Shown piece by piece: positions 17,510 to 28,169 of a stretch of 56,220 bases of DNA. Every line of letters starts with the position of its first letter. Position 1 is the first letter of the stretch. The notes below the pieces were generated by a model. That model did not search any database. It worked only from the letters and a program-made list of their open reading frames with translations, and was not told the DNA's origin. The translations under genes and the position numbers were made by a program. The DNA lies in contig JBGCDR010000152.1 of assembly GCA_045105515.1 (NCBI GenBank), forward strand, positions 1 through 56,220, written 5' to 3'. This DNA comes from Oligoflexales bacterium (GTDB lineage: Bacteria > Bdellovibrionota_B > Oligoflexia > Oligoflexales > Bog-1112).

Positions 17510-18646
17510 ATGTTAAGAAAGCAACGTAATCCAAGTAATTCATATGATCTATGGCAACTTGTAGACATGCGTAAATTTGAAGACTTAGGCAATAGTAGCA
17601 GAAACATTCAAATTATTTGTGATATAGATAAAACCTACTTGGAAACGACTTTTGAATCCTGGGTAAAGATGGCTCGCATAGCTTTTGAAGATGCTGAAGA
17701 CAAAATCACGGTTTCAGGAGCAAGTGATGTTTTAATGGCAGGTCGATGGGGAAATCTAAATGAACCCCTTGCAAGCGAGCAAGATGAAGGTCAGTTCCCA
17801 AGGCCTCTACATTTTGTATCTTCCTCACCCTCACAGCTCAGGGCAGTGCTAGAGGAAAAATTATCATTGGATGGACTCGATTGGTCCTCAGACACTTTCA
17901 AAAATCAGGCCTACAACATTAAAAAAGGGCGCTTTGATCTTTTAAAACACCAAGTGGCTTATAAGACGGCCGCTATTCTCAAACTTATGGAAGGCCAAGC
18001 GGACGGTATCTCTTATTTTTTAATTGGAGACAATGCAGAATCTGATCCTTTCATCTATTTAGGAATTAAGTTACTCATTGAACGCCGTTTATCTCCGCAG
18101 ACATTTGAGTCATATCTTGAAATTTTAGGAGTTGAAAATTCTGTTTCCCATACCCTCTGGCAAGGAATAAAACGTATACCAAAATGTAAGATTGAAGCCA
18201 TCTTTATCAGAAATCTTTCAGCATACAATTATTTTGGTGAGTCTCCCCTTACCGATCCTATTTGCCTGTTCGAATCCTTTTTTGATGTAAATCTTTACTT
18301 TCTCCTTCACAAACTCATTGATTTCGAAGTTTTCTGGGTAGTTACTAAATCGCTGCACAATAGGCATGGAATATCATTACATGAAATCACCCAAAAAATT
18401 TCCGAATGCCTTAAATCAGGTCTTGCAGCTGATTTAGCAAAAAAGCTCGAAAATATCATCGAGCCCTATCAAGACCTAGAGAGACCAAATTTAGGATTCA
18501 GGCCTGAAAGTATTAAAAGAGTTAAATTTGATACATGGAATAATTTAACTGAGAAAGAAATAATGGAACAAGCAAAAAAATGGATGGCAAAAGCGGTTGC
18601 CAATAGAAAATCTCCTAAAAGAAGTAAAGAAGCACCCAATTCATAA
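17510..18646 (+). CDS. HAD-superfamily phosphatase, App1/DUF2183 (phosphatidate phosphatase)-like
   Basis: ICDIDKTYL (DxDxT), LHFVSSSP, LIGDNAESD; GGAAGG RBS before ATG 17510. Confidence 0.7.
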   Translation: MLRKQRNPSNSYDLWQLVDMRKFEDLGNSSRNIQIICDIDKTYLETTFESWVKMARIAFEDAEDKITVSGASDVLMAGRWGNLNEPLASEQDEGQFPRPLHFVSSSPSQLRAVLEEKLSLDGLDWSSDTFKNQAYNIKKGRFDLLKHQVAYKTAAILKLMEGQADGISYFLIGDNAESDPFIYLGIKLLIERRLSPQTFESYLEILGVENSVSHTLWQGIKRIPKCKIEAIFIRNLSAYNYFGESPLTDPICLFESFFDVNLYFLLHKLIDFEVFWVVTKSLHNRHGISLHEITQKISECLKSGLAADLAKKLENIIEPYQDLERPNLGFRPESIKRVKFDTWNNLTEKEIMEQAKKWMAKAVANRKSPKRSKEAPNS

Positions 18647-18652
18647 TTTTTA

Positions 18653-18679
18653 TTAAGTTTTAGCAATTTTTGCCGAATT
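18653..18679 (+). promoter_or_regulatory. Putative sigma-28 (FliA) promoter
   Basis: TTAAGTTT-N11-GCCGAATT versus consensus TAAAGTTT-N11-GCCGATAA, ~30 nt upstream of the response regulator. Confidence 0.55.
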
Positions 18680-18711
18680 GTGTGCTACGGGAATAAACTG
18701 CGAGATTCAGT

Positions 18712-19149
18712 ATGAAATATGAGTTTCCTCTAAAAGTAGCTATCATCGACGATGAACCAGATATAACTGAACTCTATGTAATGGCCTGCGAGCGTTTGCC
18801 TGACCTTGATCCCTTGCCTTTTTCAGATCCATTAAAAGCGTTGGAAGAAATTGGAAAAAATCGAATACCTATTGTATTAACAGATATTGATATGCCCATT
18901 CTAAAAGGTGATGATTTAATAAAAAAATGTGTTGAGAATTTTGATTGGAGCATAGATTTTTATGTATGTACGGCTCTAATAAATATGACAGTAGCTCACC
19001 GTTGCTTCAGACTCGGTGCTAGACAAATCCTCATAAAACCAGTTGGTTTAAATCTCGTTACCGAGGCTCTGATGAAAGCAGTGGATCGATACAAAATTTG
19101 GAATGAAACCATTAGCCAAATTCTCGACCGCAGATCCGCCTCCAGATAA
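18712..19149 (+). CDS. Single-domain response regulator
   Basis: IIDDE, LTDIDMP, VCTA, ILIKP. Confidence 0.88.
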   Translation: MKYEFPLKVAIIDDEPDITELYVMACERLPDLDPLPFSDPLKALEEIGKNRIPIVLTDIDMPILKGDDLIKKCVENFDWSIDFYVCTALINMTVAHRCFRLGARQILIKPVGLNLVTEALMKAVDRYKIWNETISQILDRRSASR

Positions 19150-19459
19150 TAATTTAAGCTCTTATCTTCCCTATAAATATTTTTAGTAAGTCCAATAAAT
19201 TAAAATTAAAATATAATTTTTCTAAAACGCATTCGGATTGGTTTTTAAAAAATAATACTTATCTTGTGATTATCTAAACTTACTAAGAATCTAAAAGCAT
19301 CTAATAAGAATAATTGATAGTTTAAAAGGCAAGTGGTAAAAAATCAAAAAAAAGAATTTTTTTGAACAAAGGTAAAACGATCTATGCATATTAATGAAAT
19401 ATGGATATCATTATAATATACATATTAAATATCATAATTAAGATCCATTGAGAGGCGTC

Positions 19460-21376
19460 ATGGATATTTTCTCCTTTACAAACATAACAATCTTGCTAGG
19501 GTTTTTCATTATCTGCTTAGCATCTTCTCAAATGGGTCTAGGGTTTGCGAAGATTCGTCTTCCCACAATCACTGGATACCTTTTTTTAGGTATTTTGATT
19601 GGACCTAATCTACTCAGTTTTATTGACTCAAATCATGTGGGGAAGCTTAGCTTTGTTGATGAAATTGCTCTAGGGTTTATAGCATTTTGCGCGGGATCAG
19701 AGCTATTTTGGAAAGATATTAGGCCCCAAATAAAAACTATTCTTACTATTACTACCGGTATTTTGGTCACCACCTTCATTTTATGTACCTATGCATTCTA
19801 CGCACTAGCTAGCCAAATCTCTTTTATGGCAGATTTTAGCTCTAGTTCAAAGATAGCTGTTGCGATTTTAGCAGGATCGATTTTGATAGCCCGTTCTCCG
19901 TCATCAGCCATTGCTGTAGTCAAAGAATTAAAGGCTAAAGGACCTTTTACTCAGGTAGCTTTAGGGGTTACTGTTGTTATGGATATAGCTGTAATAGCAA
20001 TTTTTACCCTCAATGAATCTGTAGCTCAAATACTCCTTACTGGAAGTTCACTTGACTTGAGCTTTCTAATACAGCTTTGTACAGATCTATCATTATCAGT
20101 ATTCCTTGGTTTAGCACTCAGTAAAGCCATAGGACTAAGCATAAATTTAAATTTGCCAGCAATTGCAAAGGTATTCATTGTTATAGGCTTTGGCTATTCT
20201 GCATTCTTCCTCTCACATATCATAGGAGAAAATTTTTCTATCCATTTGGAAGGAATGCTTTCTTGCTTAGTTTGTGGTTTCCACGTGGCAAATTTTTTCC
20301 AAGGACGTAGAGAATTTTTGAAGATCCTTAATCAGGCCTCACCGGTCATTTACATTGCATTCTTCACCCTGACGGGGGCCTCTCTGACCCTAGGAATCCT
20401 TAAAAAGGTTTGGTTTATCACCCTTATTTTATTTGGTGTAAGAATATGTGGCATCATCATTGGTTCAATCATATCTGGAAAAGTGAATAAGGATGATTCC
20501 AAAGTTTTAAAAATTCGTTGGATGTGTTTTGTAACCCAAGCTGGAGTAGGATTAGGACTAGCAAAGCAAGTAAGTGACACATTTCCTAGCTGGGGCAGTG
20601 CATTTACCACTATTTTGGTATCAGTGATTATTATCAATGAAATTATCGGCCCTATCTTTTTTAAATGGGCCTTGTTTTTAGCAGGAGAGGCTAAATCATC
20701 AGCAAAAAAATCAGAAAAACATACGATACCCAATGCAATTATTTTTGGTGAAAACAACAATGCATTGACGCTATCTCGGCAATTGTGCGCCCACAACTGG
20801 GAAGTTAGGCTTATTGCTTTCGGTTCGATGGATATAAACTTTGAACATGACAACTTTACGAATATCACAGTTGACAAAATTGATAACTCTGCTCTAAAAA
20901 AGGTTAATGCACATGATAATGACACTTTTGTTTCGATGTTAAATGATGAAAACAATCTGCTTGCTGCAAACATGGTAAGTGAAAAATTTCCCGATGCTCA
21001 CCTTATCATTGCATTAAGGCAAAGAGATAACATCAAAAATTTCAATGAATTCAATGCATCTATTGTTGATCCCACCACCGCCCTCATAAGTCTGCTAGAC
21101 CATTACGTGAGGACACCTTCAGCTGTTTCGATCCTCTTAGGCTATGAAGATGATCAAGATATCATCGATTGTGAACTAAAAAATCTCTATTTAAGAGGAA
21201 AAACACTTTACGAACTAAACTTGCCTCATGATATTTTAATTTTATCTATAACTCGAAAAGGAAGGGTTATCGATTTTCACTCTGGCTTCAGGCTCGAACT
21301 ACATGATCACTTGACTTTGATTGGTGATATTAGCAGCCTTGAGATCGCAAGATACAAATTAGGCGAATCCTTATAA
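19460..21376 (+). CDS. Cation:proton antiporter (CPA2/Kef-like) with C-terminal TrkA-N/TrkA-C (RCK) domains
   Basis: About 12 TM segments, LPTITGYL, ARSPS, VVMD, QAGVGLGLA; C-terminal GKTL.EL.LP.DILILSI.R.G. Confidence 0.85.
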   Translation: MDIFSFTNITILLGFFIICLASSQMGLGFAKIRLPTITGYLFLGILIGPNLLSFIDSNHVGKLSFVDEIALGFIAFCAGSELFWKDIRPQIKTILTITTGILVTTFILCTYAFYALASQISFMADFSSSSKIAVAILAGSILIARSPSSAIAVVKELKAKGPFTQVALGVTVVMDIAVIAIFTLNESVAQILLTGSSLDLSFLIQLCTDLSLSVFLGLALSKAIGLSINLNLPAIAKVFIVIGFGYSAFFLSHIIGENFSIHLEGMLSCLVCGFHVANFFQGRREFLKILNQASPVIYIAFFTLTGASLTLGILKKVWFITLILFGVRICGIIIGSIISGKVNKDDSKVLKIRWMCFVTQAGVGLGLAKQVSDTFPSWGSAFTTILVSVIIINEIIGPIFFKWALFLAGEAKSSAKKSEKHTIPNAIIFGENNNALTLSRQLCAHNWEVRLIAFGSMDINFEHDNFTNITVDKIDNSALKKVNAHDNDTFVSMLNDENNLLAANMVSEKFPDAHLIIALRQRDNIKNFNEFNASIVDPTTALISLLDHYVRTPSAVSILLGYEDDQDIIDCELKNLYLRGKTLYELNLPHDILILSITRKGRVIDFHSGFRLELHDHLTLIGDISSLEIARYKLGESL

Positions 21377-21395
21377 ATATAATTTAAAAGCTCCA

Positions 21396-22187
21396 CTAGA
21401 TGCGGCCTAGAGCCTTATAGTATAAAAGCCCCGCATACTCATGCACAGCATGACTAATTTGAGACAAATTTTGGGGTAGAGGTAATAGGCTACCATAGGA
21501 AGTTACAAAATCTGAGGAACCTAAATAGTGGGAAGCTCTAGGTGTAACTTTGAACCCTTGTTTTTCAAAACAAGCAATTGCCCTTGGTAAGTGTAGAGCA
21601 GAAGTTACTAAAATTATAGGGTATGCATCAATCCACTCGCCACTATCTTCAAGCATCTGCCTTGTTAGCAATGCATTCTCAAATGTATTTCTTGATGATT
21701 TCTCGACAATCGCATCCAAAACTTGAAGATTTTTAAGTACCGATGCCATAACAATCCCTTCTGCCGGAACTCCTCTTTCTGGTTTCGGTAGACCCGCACT
21801 AGAAATGATCGGAATTTTCCCCTCAAACTCATCATAAACTTGCTTAGCTTTGTAAGTTCGTGCAAGAGCATCTAAACTAAGTCGAGGTTTATCCCAAATA
21901 CCATGTTCAGAAACCCCACCTCCTAGGACTACGATTGCGTTTACCTGGCCACCTTCTCCTTGAGGAAGATTCTCCACTTCATAACTATGTGACTCCAACG
22001 GATAAATAACTAACTGTTTGCTTGGTTCGATACTCAATAAGTAAAACAGAAACAGACAACAATAAATTAACCATGGATATTTCCTGAATTTATTGGCTGC
22101 AATAAAAATTCCTAGGATTAAAATTGCAAGTGGAGAAACCAAAATTCCAATAATTTTTTGTAATACAAACACTAGTTTTCCTTTCAA
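21396..22187 (-). CDS. YdcF/DUF218 (ElyC-like) membrane protein
   Basis: AIVVLGGG, E.SSRNTFENA, LVTSALHLPRA, HEY.G. Confidence 0.88.
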   Translation of the reverse strand: MKGKLVFVLQKIIGILVSPLAILILGIFIAANKFRKYPWLIYCCLFLFYLLSIEPSKQLVIYPLESHSYEVENLPQGEGGQVNAIVVLGGGVSEHGIWDKPRLSLDALARTYKAKQVYDEFEGKIPIISSAGLPKPERGVPAEGIVMASVLKNLQVLDAIVEKSSRNTFENALLTRQMLEDSGEWIDAYPIILVTSALHLPRAIACFEKQGFKVTPRASHYLGSSDFVTSYGSLLPLPQNLSQISHAVHEYAGLLYYKALGRI

Positions 22188-22428
22188 ATTAAAAATATAT
22201 GTCCAACACCATATTTGACAATGGAATAAACTTTATCAGATTTGCCAATATAAATCTCTTTAATCCATCAAAAAATCATAGAAACATATGTACAATTTAC
22301 TTACTAATAAAAACTATAATCGAACATATCTAAATTTAATGAATAGGATAGTAGTATTGAAATTTTTAATTTTCAATGATAAGGATATATTGCTTTGCAT
22401 TAATATATATCCTTTGCGAGGATTAATT

Positions 22429-24348
22429 ATGAATCCCTTAAAAATTATTTTTATGATCATTCTAGCTCTCGCAAGTTCTAGAATTTCCTATGCTACTGAC
22501 TGGAGATCCATATTTGCATTAAACTCTAGACCAGCAAAAATTTTTGAAAGAATTTGTAAAGATAAGGAAGAATTCCCCATAGACCAACAATTAATCGTAG
22601 AGAAAATTCTGGGTGATGCAAAGATAACCATATCTAGTCCAGAAGACTGCTATCCAGCCTGGAAGAAAGTTAAAATCTTAAAAAACCTTAATCTTTCTGA
22701 ACTTAATCTCAGCTCAATAGAAGTATTAAGGGACTTCAAGCTTCTCAAAGAACTTGACTTAAGTAATAATTATATCCACGATGCTAGTCCCTTAAAGAAC
22801 ATGAAAAAGTTGAAAAGTTTGGATTTATCAAATAATTGTTTAAGCGATACGAATTCCTTTAGTCATTTAAAACTCAAATTTTTGAACTTAAATGACAATA
22901 TTATCGACCCAAATACGCAAAAAATATTTACAGAAGTGACTAACGCTTCCCTTAATTTAAATATATCTAACCAGCATCCAAATAAAGCTAATTGCTCTAG
23001 GCAAAACGATTTACCTAACGAGAATTTTCCAGGTCCAGCTAAGGACTTAATTGATGCAAAACCAAAAGATGATGAACATACTTTAGCTTCAAGTTATGTA
23101 GAAGACATCAAACTTATTCAAGAACAATCTGTAAGCTCAGAATACATGGCTGATCCGAATATAATTGATGAACTTTTACTAAAGTTAAGGGAATATCAAG
23201 TTGCTCTAGTCGATGTCATAATGCTAGAAGAGATAACAGACAGTATCTCGTTATTTGAAGCTTTTTCAAATCTGGGTTTAACCAACATTAATCAAGACAC
23301 TGTAATTCAGTCTTTATTTACTTTTCTCGGCTTACTTGAAGATCTTGAAAACTCGATACCTAACTTGAGGATAAGTCCTTTCAGAGATTATCACAGCTCG
23401 GATTTACCATTAAATATTCTGAAACAATATCGTTTCAATCCAAGCCTTCTACAGTATTCGAGTCAGACGACACCTTACAAACAAAGGCTTCAGGAGCTCA
23501 AGAACACTAGCTACTATAAGGAAAACTACTATGCTGATTTCTATCGCAAGATTACCAAGAAAGTCTTTGAAGAAGCAGTTTATCCCAATGGGGAAGATAG
23601 AATTTTAGAATATAAAAAATCAGATCTCATTCTATTGCTAGCATCAATCAAAAATGAAAATTGCGGTAGTGCTGATCAAAGGTCTCTATCTTGGAATCTA
23701 AAGGCAATTGAGCGTGAGCCTTTTACAACTCGAGGGCAGCCAGACACTTGGTTCGAAGAACTTCAGTACAAATTATTTAAACTCTACGAGAAATATGATG
23801 ACCTTCCATACGATAAACAGGTGCTATTACTCAGTTATTTATTACATGGAGGTAGGCATTGCAGTGACGCAAAATGGAATGCCATTAATGGGGCTTTTAT
23901 GAGCTTTTGCCCAGATGCAGCAAGGGAAATTCAAGAAAGTCATATTGCTGGCGGATCATTCCGTCAAGTCAATAACGCAATTTTAAATCACCTAAATATT
24001 CTAAAAACCGAAATGCTTACTAAATTTATCAATACTTATATTGAAGAAAAATCTGAATATCGCGAAGAAACGTGCACCTATTTCAATACTACTTGGGATC
24101 AACTTGCACCCCAAATTGGCTTAAATACTCTAGGGAGCCGCTACTCAGCTTACCTTATTCGCCAAGCTTCCGCGGATTTTCCGCAAAAATATTATGACTT
24201 ATTTACTCCACAGATGTTATATAAAGCTGCTTCTGAAGATTTACTTAGAATCATTCGAAAAAGCTACTTAGGACCTTTGTCACAACTCATACCGAACCAA
24301 GAATTTTTGCTTATAAGTCTATTCCGCTACTATGAAGCAATATATTAA
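22429..24348 (+). CDS. Secreted leucine-rich-repeat protein with large helical C-terminal domain
   Basis: GAGGA RBS before ATG 22429; signal peptide ending SYA; internalin-like LRRs (LKELDLSNNYI, LKSLDLSNNCL, LKFLNLNDNII). Confidence 0.75.
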   Translation: MNPLKIIFMIILALASSRISYATDWRSIFALNSRPAKIFERICKDKEEFPIDQQLIVEKILGDAKITISSPEDCYPAWKKVKILKNLNLSELNLSSIEVLRDFKLLKELDLSNNYIHDASPLKNMKKLKSLDLSNNCLSDTNSFSHLKLKFLNLNDNIIDPNTQKIFTEVTNASLNLNISNQHPNKANCSRQNDLPNENFPGPAKDLIDAKPKDDEHTLASSYVEDIKLIQEQSVSSEYMADPNIIDELLLKLREYQVALVDVIMLEEITDSISLFEAFSNLGLTNINQDTVIQSLFTFLGLLEDLENSIPNLRISPFRDYHSSDLPLNILKQYRFNPSLLQYSSQTTPYKQRLQELKNTSYYKENYYADFYRKITKKVFEEAVYPNGEDRILEYKKSDLILLLASIKNENCGSADQRSLSWNLKAIEREPFTTRGQPDTWFEELQYKLFKLYEKYDDLPYDKQVLLLSYLLHGGRHCSDAKWNAINGAFMSFCPDAAREIQESHIAGGSFRQVNNAILNHLNILKTEMLTKFINTYIEEKSEYREETCTYFNTTWDQLAPQIGLNTLGSRYSAYLIRQASADFPQKYYDLFTPQMLYKAASEDLLRIIRKSYLGPLSQLIPNQEFLLISLFRYYEAIY

Positions 24349-24365
24349 TAGCAGATGTATTCAAA

Positions 24366-25295
24366 TTAAAGGCTAGCATTAAGTAATTGTAGGGTGAGGT
24401 TACTCTGTACATTGCTCTGAGCAAGAAGAGCTGTGGAGGCCTGTGACCTAATCTTAGCTTGAACCATATTTGTCACCTCCTCAGCATAGTTAGTATCAGT
24501 AATTTTCGAGCGCGCTGCAGAAATATTCTCTTGATACACATCAATATAGTCTAAAGCTCGATTTAAACGCGACTGTAATCCACCAAAAACAGATCTTTGG
24601 GTAGCAAGGCCTGCGATCGCTTGATCATACACAGTCGCATAGATTTCGTCATCTTCTGGTAAGAGCATTTCCTCAACCTCTTCAAGCTCAATACCTTCTT
24701 CATCATTTGAATCTTGCAGCAATTCGCTTGCACTATTAAGGCCTAAGGTTTGGGTTGAGGTATCGACCGTGCTAAATCCTTCAAATTTAATAGTATTGAT
24801 GTCATCATCAGTTTCTTCACCTCTGAAAGGATCCCCTACCCTGAAAATTAACGTTTCAGGTGCTTTCTCGGAAGAACCATTTAAAACAGGGATACCATTA
24901 AACTCTGTCGTCTGAGTGATTCTATTGATCTCATCATGAAGGGCTTCATATTCGATAAATAGATACCTTCTTTCTTGATCGCTTACTGTAGTACTAGCTG
25001 CTGCAATATTTACTTCCTTCATACGAGTTATCATATTATTTATTTCCGCCATCGAAGATTCGGCAGTTTGTAATAGTGACATCGCATCGTTAATGTTTCT
25101 CTTAGAAGCGGTCAGCGCTCTTATTCTAAATTCCATTTTTTCCGAAATTGCTCGTTCGGCAGGTCTTGGATCTCCAGGAACAAAAACTGTGCCTGAAGCT
25201 AAGCGTGATAAAGAGTTTGTTTCCTCTTTTTTAGCTTTCGATAAATAGCGTCTTAAGCGGGATGATAATGTCTTATCACTAATATTGAATCCCAT
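24366..25295 (-). CDS. Divergent flagellin
   Basis: SLSRLASG, RNINDAMSLLQTAE, TEFNG.PVL, RSVFGGLQSRL, ENISAARSKITDTNYAEE. Confidence 0.85.
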   Translation of the reverse strand: MGFNISDKTLSSRLRRYLSKAKKEETNSLSRLASGTVFVPGDPRPAERAISEKMEFRIRALTASKRNINDAMSLLQTAESSMAEINNMITRMKEVNIAAASTTVSDQERRYLFIEYEALHDEINRITQTTEFNGIPVLNGSSEKAPETLIFRVGDPFRGEETDDDINTIKFEGFSTVDTSTQTLGLNSASELLQDSNDEEGIELEEVEEMLLPEDDEIYATVYDQAIAGLATQRSVFGGLQSRLNRALDYIDVYQENISAARSKITDTNYAEEVTNMVQAKIRSQASTALLAQSNVQSNLTLQLLNASL

Positions 25296-25302
25296 TTACT
25301 AT

Positions 25303-27252
25303 CTAGCTCGCATTTTGTGTCTCAGTATCTTCAGTAGATACAGTAGGTTCTCGATCGCCCTCAGTAGCCATGTGTTCAGCCTCGTCAACTATAGGTTGAG
25401 AAGGCCCAGCATCAGTTTGGGTACTTTGGTCACTATCATTATTCTTTGCACCACCATTATCGAGGGTTTCAGTTAGCTCCCCTCGTCCGACATCTGGACT
25501 GTATGAATACAGAACTTGCTCCAAAGTTTCAGAAGTATTTTGGAGAATTGCTAAGCGCTTATTGAATTCGTAGATATTCGCGCTTGGCACAAATGTGTTT
25601 TTAGTTGAAGATCTTTTCAAATCGTTTCTCAGGGAGTTTGATTTTTCCGCAACCTCGTTTGCCTGTTCAGAAACATTTTCCAGCATTTGATGACTCGAGC
25701 TTATAAGCTGCTCATTATGTGTAAGGCTTATGTACTGCCTTGACATCATTCGGGTTACACGTTCACAGTCTACAGTAAGTCGATTAGTATGTTCGAGAAT
25801 CTTGTTCGCTTCAGACGACATATCAGCAGATGATTTACTTAGAGTCCCTATTGCTTTATCGAGGTCGTTATCTGATTTAAGAACATCTGCAACCATATTA
25901 ATTAATCTTTCAAAGTGTTGAAAGAGGTCACTGATCTCTACATAACCAATCTTTGTATCCTTAATAGAGTTCTTGTATATCTTCACAAATTCAGAAATCG
26001 ATAAGTTGGCAACTCGAACCATTTCTTTACCTTTATTGAGTCGCGATGATGCTAGTTCCGCCTCATTTTGGATAGTTAATAGCAACTCAGTAATTGAGCT
26101 AGTAGCTGTGGATGATCGGGCTGCTAACTTCCTAACTTCCTCCGCTACTACAGCAAAACCCTGTCCCTGCTCTCCTGCCCTTGCAGCCTCAATGGAAGCA
26201 TTAAGAGCTAGAAGATTAGTTTGCTCAGCAATATCATCAATCACATCAATAATATTGACAATTTCTTCCGCCCTCTCTGACAATAGCCTTACCAAATCTG
26301 ATGCAACATTCACATCCTCTTCACTGTGATTAATCTGCTCACTTATATCACTGATCAAATGCTCTCCAGCTTTTGAATGTTCAATAAATGAATGAAGCTG
26401 TTGCTTTATTTTGTTTGCCTTAGCATATATTAGACCTTCAGATTTAAGTGCATCTTTAACCAACTTGATGCTCTGAGTACATCCTAGTTTCAAACGATTC
26501 ATTGAATTATTGAATGAAGTAAAACAATTTTTCAAAGTTCTTAGGTTGTTAGATAATGTATTCCATTCCAGTCGGTTGGAACTTGATCGAATAGTGCTCT
26601 CATTTGTTTGAGATACAAGGGTAATCATCTGTTCTTGCGAATCCTTGATGATTTTTTTTACGACTTGAATTTCCTTGTTAACCACCTTTATCCGACTATA
26701 GAGTTCAAGAACCACTTGGTATTGATTATCATCAGAATTGTCTGCTAGTAGTTCATTAAGATTTTCAAATGGTGCCTTCATTAATTCTTCGATGGATTGG
26801 GTACTATCTTTAACATCAGAGATTACTTGGCTAAGGGCCATAATTTGATAATTCTGTAATTCTCCTGCTTTACTATCAAACTTTTGTCTCGCATTGACTT
26901 GATTCTTAGATTTACGCCTCTCTCCAACAACTATAAATAATAAGAATCCGAGGCTAAGTCCTATTGAAATACTCAAAGTTAGTAAAATTGTAAGACCTGA
27001 ACTGGTAACCAAATGATGACTTTGAATCAGTTTAGATGCTTTTTGATTAAGTTGAGTAACTGTCTCATCACTTGTCAATTCTCCTTTACCATATGCCAGC
27101 ACAAGGGTATCAAACGCAGCACCCAAATTTTTATTTGCTGAAAAATTTAGAAAATTATTGCTGCGAATATCAGCTAGTGTAATGATCCCAAGAGTGCATA
27201 GAAAAAGAGCAATCATCAAAAGACGCTTGCTATAGGCTAAGTTACTGTACAT
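25303..27252 (-). CDS. Methyl-accepting chemotaxis protein
   Basis: Two TM helices; [37 protein letters not shown] signalling tip. Confidence 0.9.
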   Translation of the reverse strand: MYSNLAYSKRLLMIALFLCTLGIITLADIRSNNFLNFSANKNLGAAFDTLVLAYGKGELTSDETVTQLNQKASKLIQSHHLVTSSGLTILLTLSISIGLSLGFLLFIVVGERRKSKNQVNARQKFDSKAGELQNYQIMALSQVISDVKDSTQSIEELMKAPFENLNELLADNSDDNQYQVVLELYSRIKVVNKEIQVVKKIIKDSQEQMITLVSQTNESTIRSSSNRLEWNTLSNNLRTLKNCFTSFNNSMNRLKLGCTQSIKLVKDALKSEGLIYAKANKIKQQLHSFIEHSKAGEHLISDISEQINHSEEDVNVASDLVRLLSERAEEIVNIIDVIDDIAEQTNLLALNASIEAARAGEQGQGFAVVAEEVRKLAARSSTATSSITELLLTIQNEAELASSRLNKGKEMVRVANLSISEFVKIYKNSIKDTKIGYVEISDLFQHFERLINMVADVLKSDNDLDKAIGTLSKSSADMSSEANKILEHTNRLTVDCERVTRMMSRQYISLTHNEQLISSSHQMLENVSEQANEVAEKSNSLRNDLKRSSTKNTFVPSANIYEFNKRLAILQNTSETLEQVLYSYSPDVGRGELTETLDNGGAKNNDSDQSTQTDAGPSQPIVDEAEHMATEGDREPTVSTEDTETQNAS

Positions 27253-27311
27253 ATTACTCTCCTCGCTTTAAGTCCAGGCATTATTAGGACTTAGACGCTT
27301 TGTTTTAGAGC

Positions 27312-27338
27312 TTATCGGGTTGTAATTGCTGAGGATGA
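27312..27338 (-). promoter_or_regulatory. Putative sigma-28 promoter for the MCP-flagellin operon
   Basis: Minus strand TCAT-N15-CCCGATAA; MCP and flagellin genes are canonical FliA targets. Confidence 0.5.
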
Positions 27339-27408
27339 AATCCTTACTAATTTCATCGAGACTAGTAATAGTTAATTTAATATACTGATAAAATAGGATA
27401 GATAATTA

Positions 27409-28104
27409 ATGAAAAAGCCATCTTACCTGCTTATGGATATTGAAGGCACAACAACTTCCATTGACTTCGTGCACAAGACTCTTTTCACTTACGCAAAAAA
27501 CAATATACAAACATTTCTTGAAGAACATCAGCATGATGAAAAAGTGAAAATTTGTTTGAATGAAGCAAAAAAAATCATTCAGCAAGAGGGAAAGTCCGCA
27601 AATTCATTGAACCAGATTATTGGAGCAATGTGCACATGGATTGAGGCAGATCGTAAAATAGGACCTCTTAAAACTCTTCAAGGATATATATGGCGAGAAG
27701 GGTATGAAACGGGAAAATATGTCTCCCATATCTACGAGGATGTCTTCCAAGCGTTTAAAAGTTGGCAAGAGCTGGGAATTAAACTAGGGATCTATTCGTC
27801 AGGTTCAGTGAGTGCACAAAAACTTTTATTCGCTCATACAGAATATGGAGATATAAACTCATTTCTGAGCTTTTACTTTGACACAGGGGTCGGACATAAA
27901 CGGGAATCTATATCTTACGAAGAAATCAGCAAGAAGCTTGAGGTCGAGCCTCAGAAAATCTTATTTTTATCAGATATAGTTGAAGAATTAAATGCTGCAA
28001 ATATTGCCAGCTTATCTACAGTCCATGTAGTTCGGCCTGGCACCGAAGAGCGTGGTTACCCAAATGCAGTTTCATCTTTCACAGAGCTCAAATTTGATGC
28101 CTAG
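27409..28104 (+). CDS. mtnC: Enolase-phosphatase E1 (acireductone synthase)
   Basis: MDIEGTTTSIDFVHKTLF, DRK.GPLKTLQG.IW, IYSSGSV.AQKLLF, LFLSD. Confidence 0.92.
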   Translation: MKKPSYLLMDIEGTTTSIDFVHKTLFTYAKNNIQTFLEEHQHDEKVKICLNEAKKIIQQEGKSANSLNQIIGAMCTWIEADRKIGPLKTLQGYIWREGYETGKYVSHIYEDVFQAFKSWQELGIKLGIYSSGSVSAQKLLFAHTEYGDINSFLSFYFDTGVGHKRESISYEEISKKLEVEPQKILFLSDIVEELNAANIASLSTVHVVRPGTEERGYPNAVSSFTELKFDA

Positions 28105-28169
28105 GCCAAACTCTCATCCCAAAATTGCGCAGCCGCTGTAGTAAGCAAACTGTTGAAATCTAAAAATAG

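Noticed and set aside
19150..19459. Very AT-rich 300-nt intergenic region as a possible CRISPR leader, origin or sRNA
   Set aside because: No direct repeats, DnaA-box cluster or stable structure visible.
20350..20973. 207-aa antisense ORF and other short overlapping ORFs in the track (e.g. 426-701, 4820-5002, 41332-41709, 47331-47690, 48595-48894)
   Set aside because: They are shadows of well-supported genes on the other strand or frame, with no motifs of their own.
22288..22428. Long N-terminal extension of the LRR ORF
   Set aside because: AT-rich leader; the RBS and signal peptide point to ATG 22429.
27409..28104. mtnC as part of a polyamine-linked PspA system
   Set aside because: Separated from the operon by a convergent rhomboid gene, and no spermidine synthase or SAM decarboxylase is in the window; proximity may be chance.
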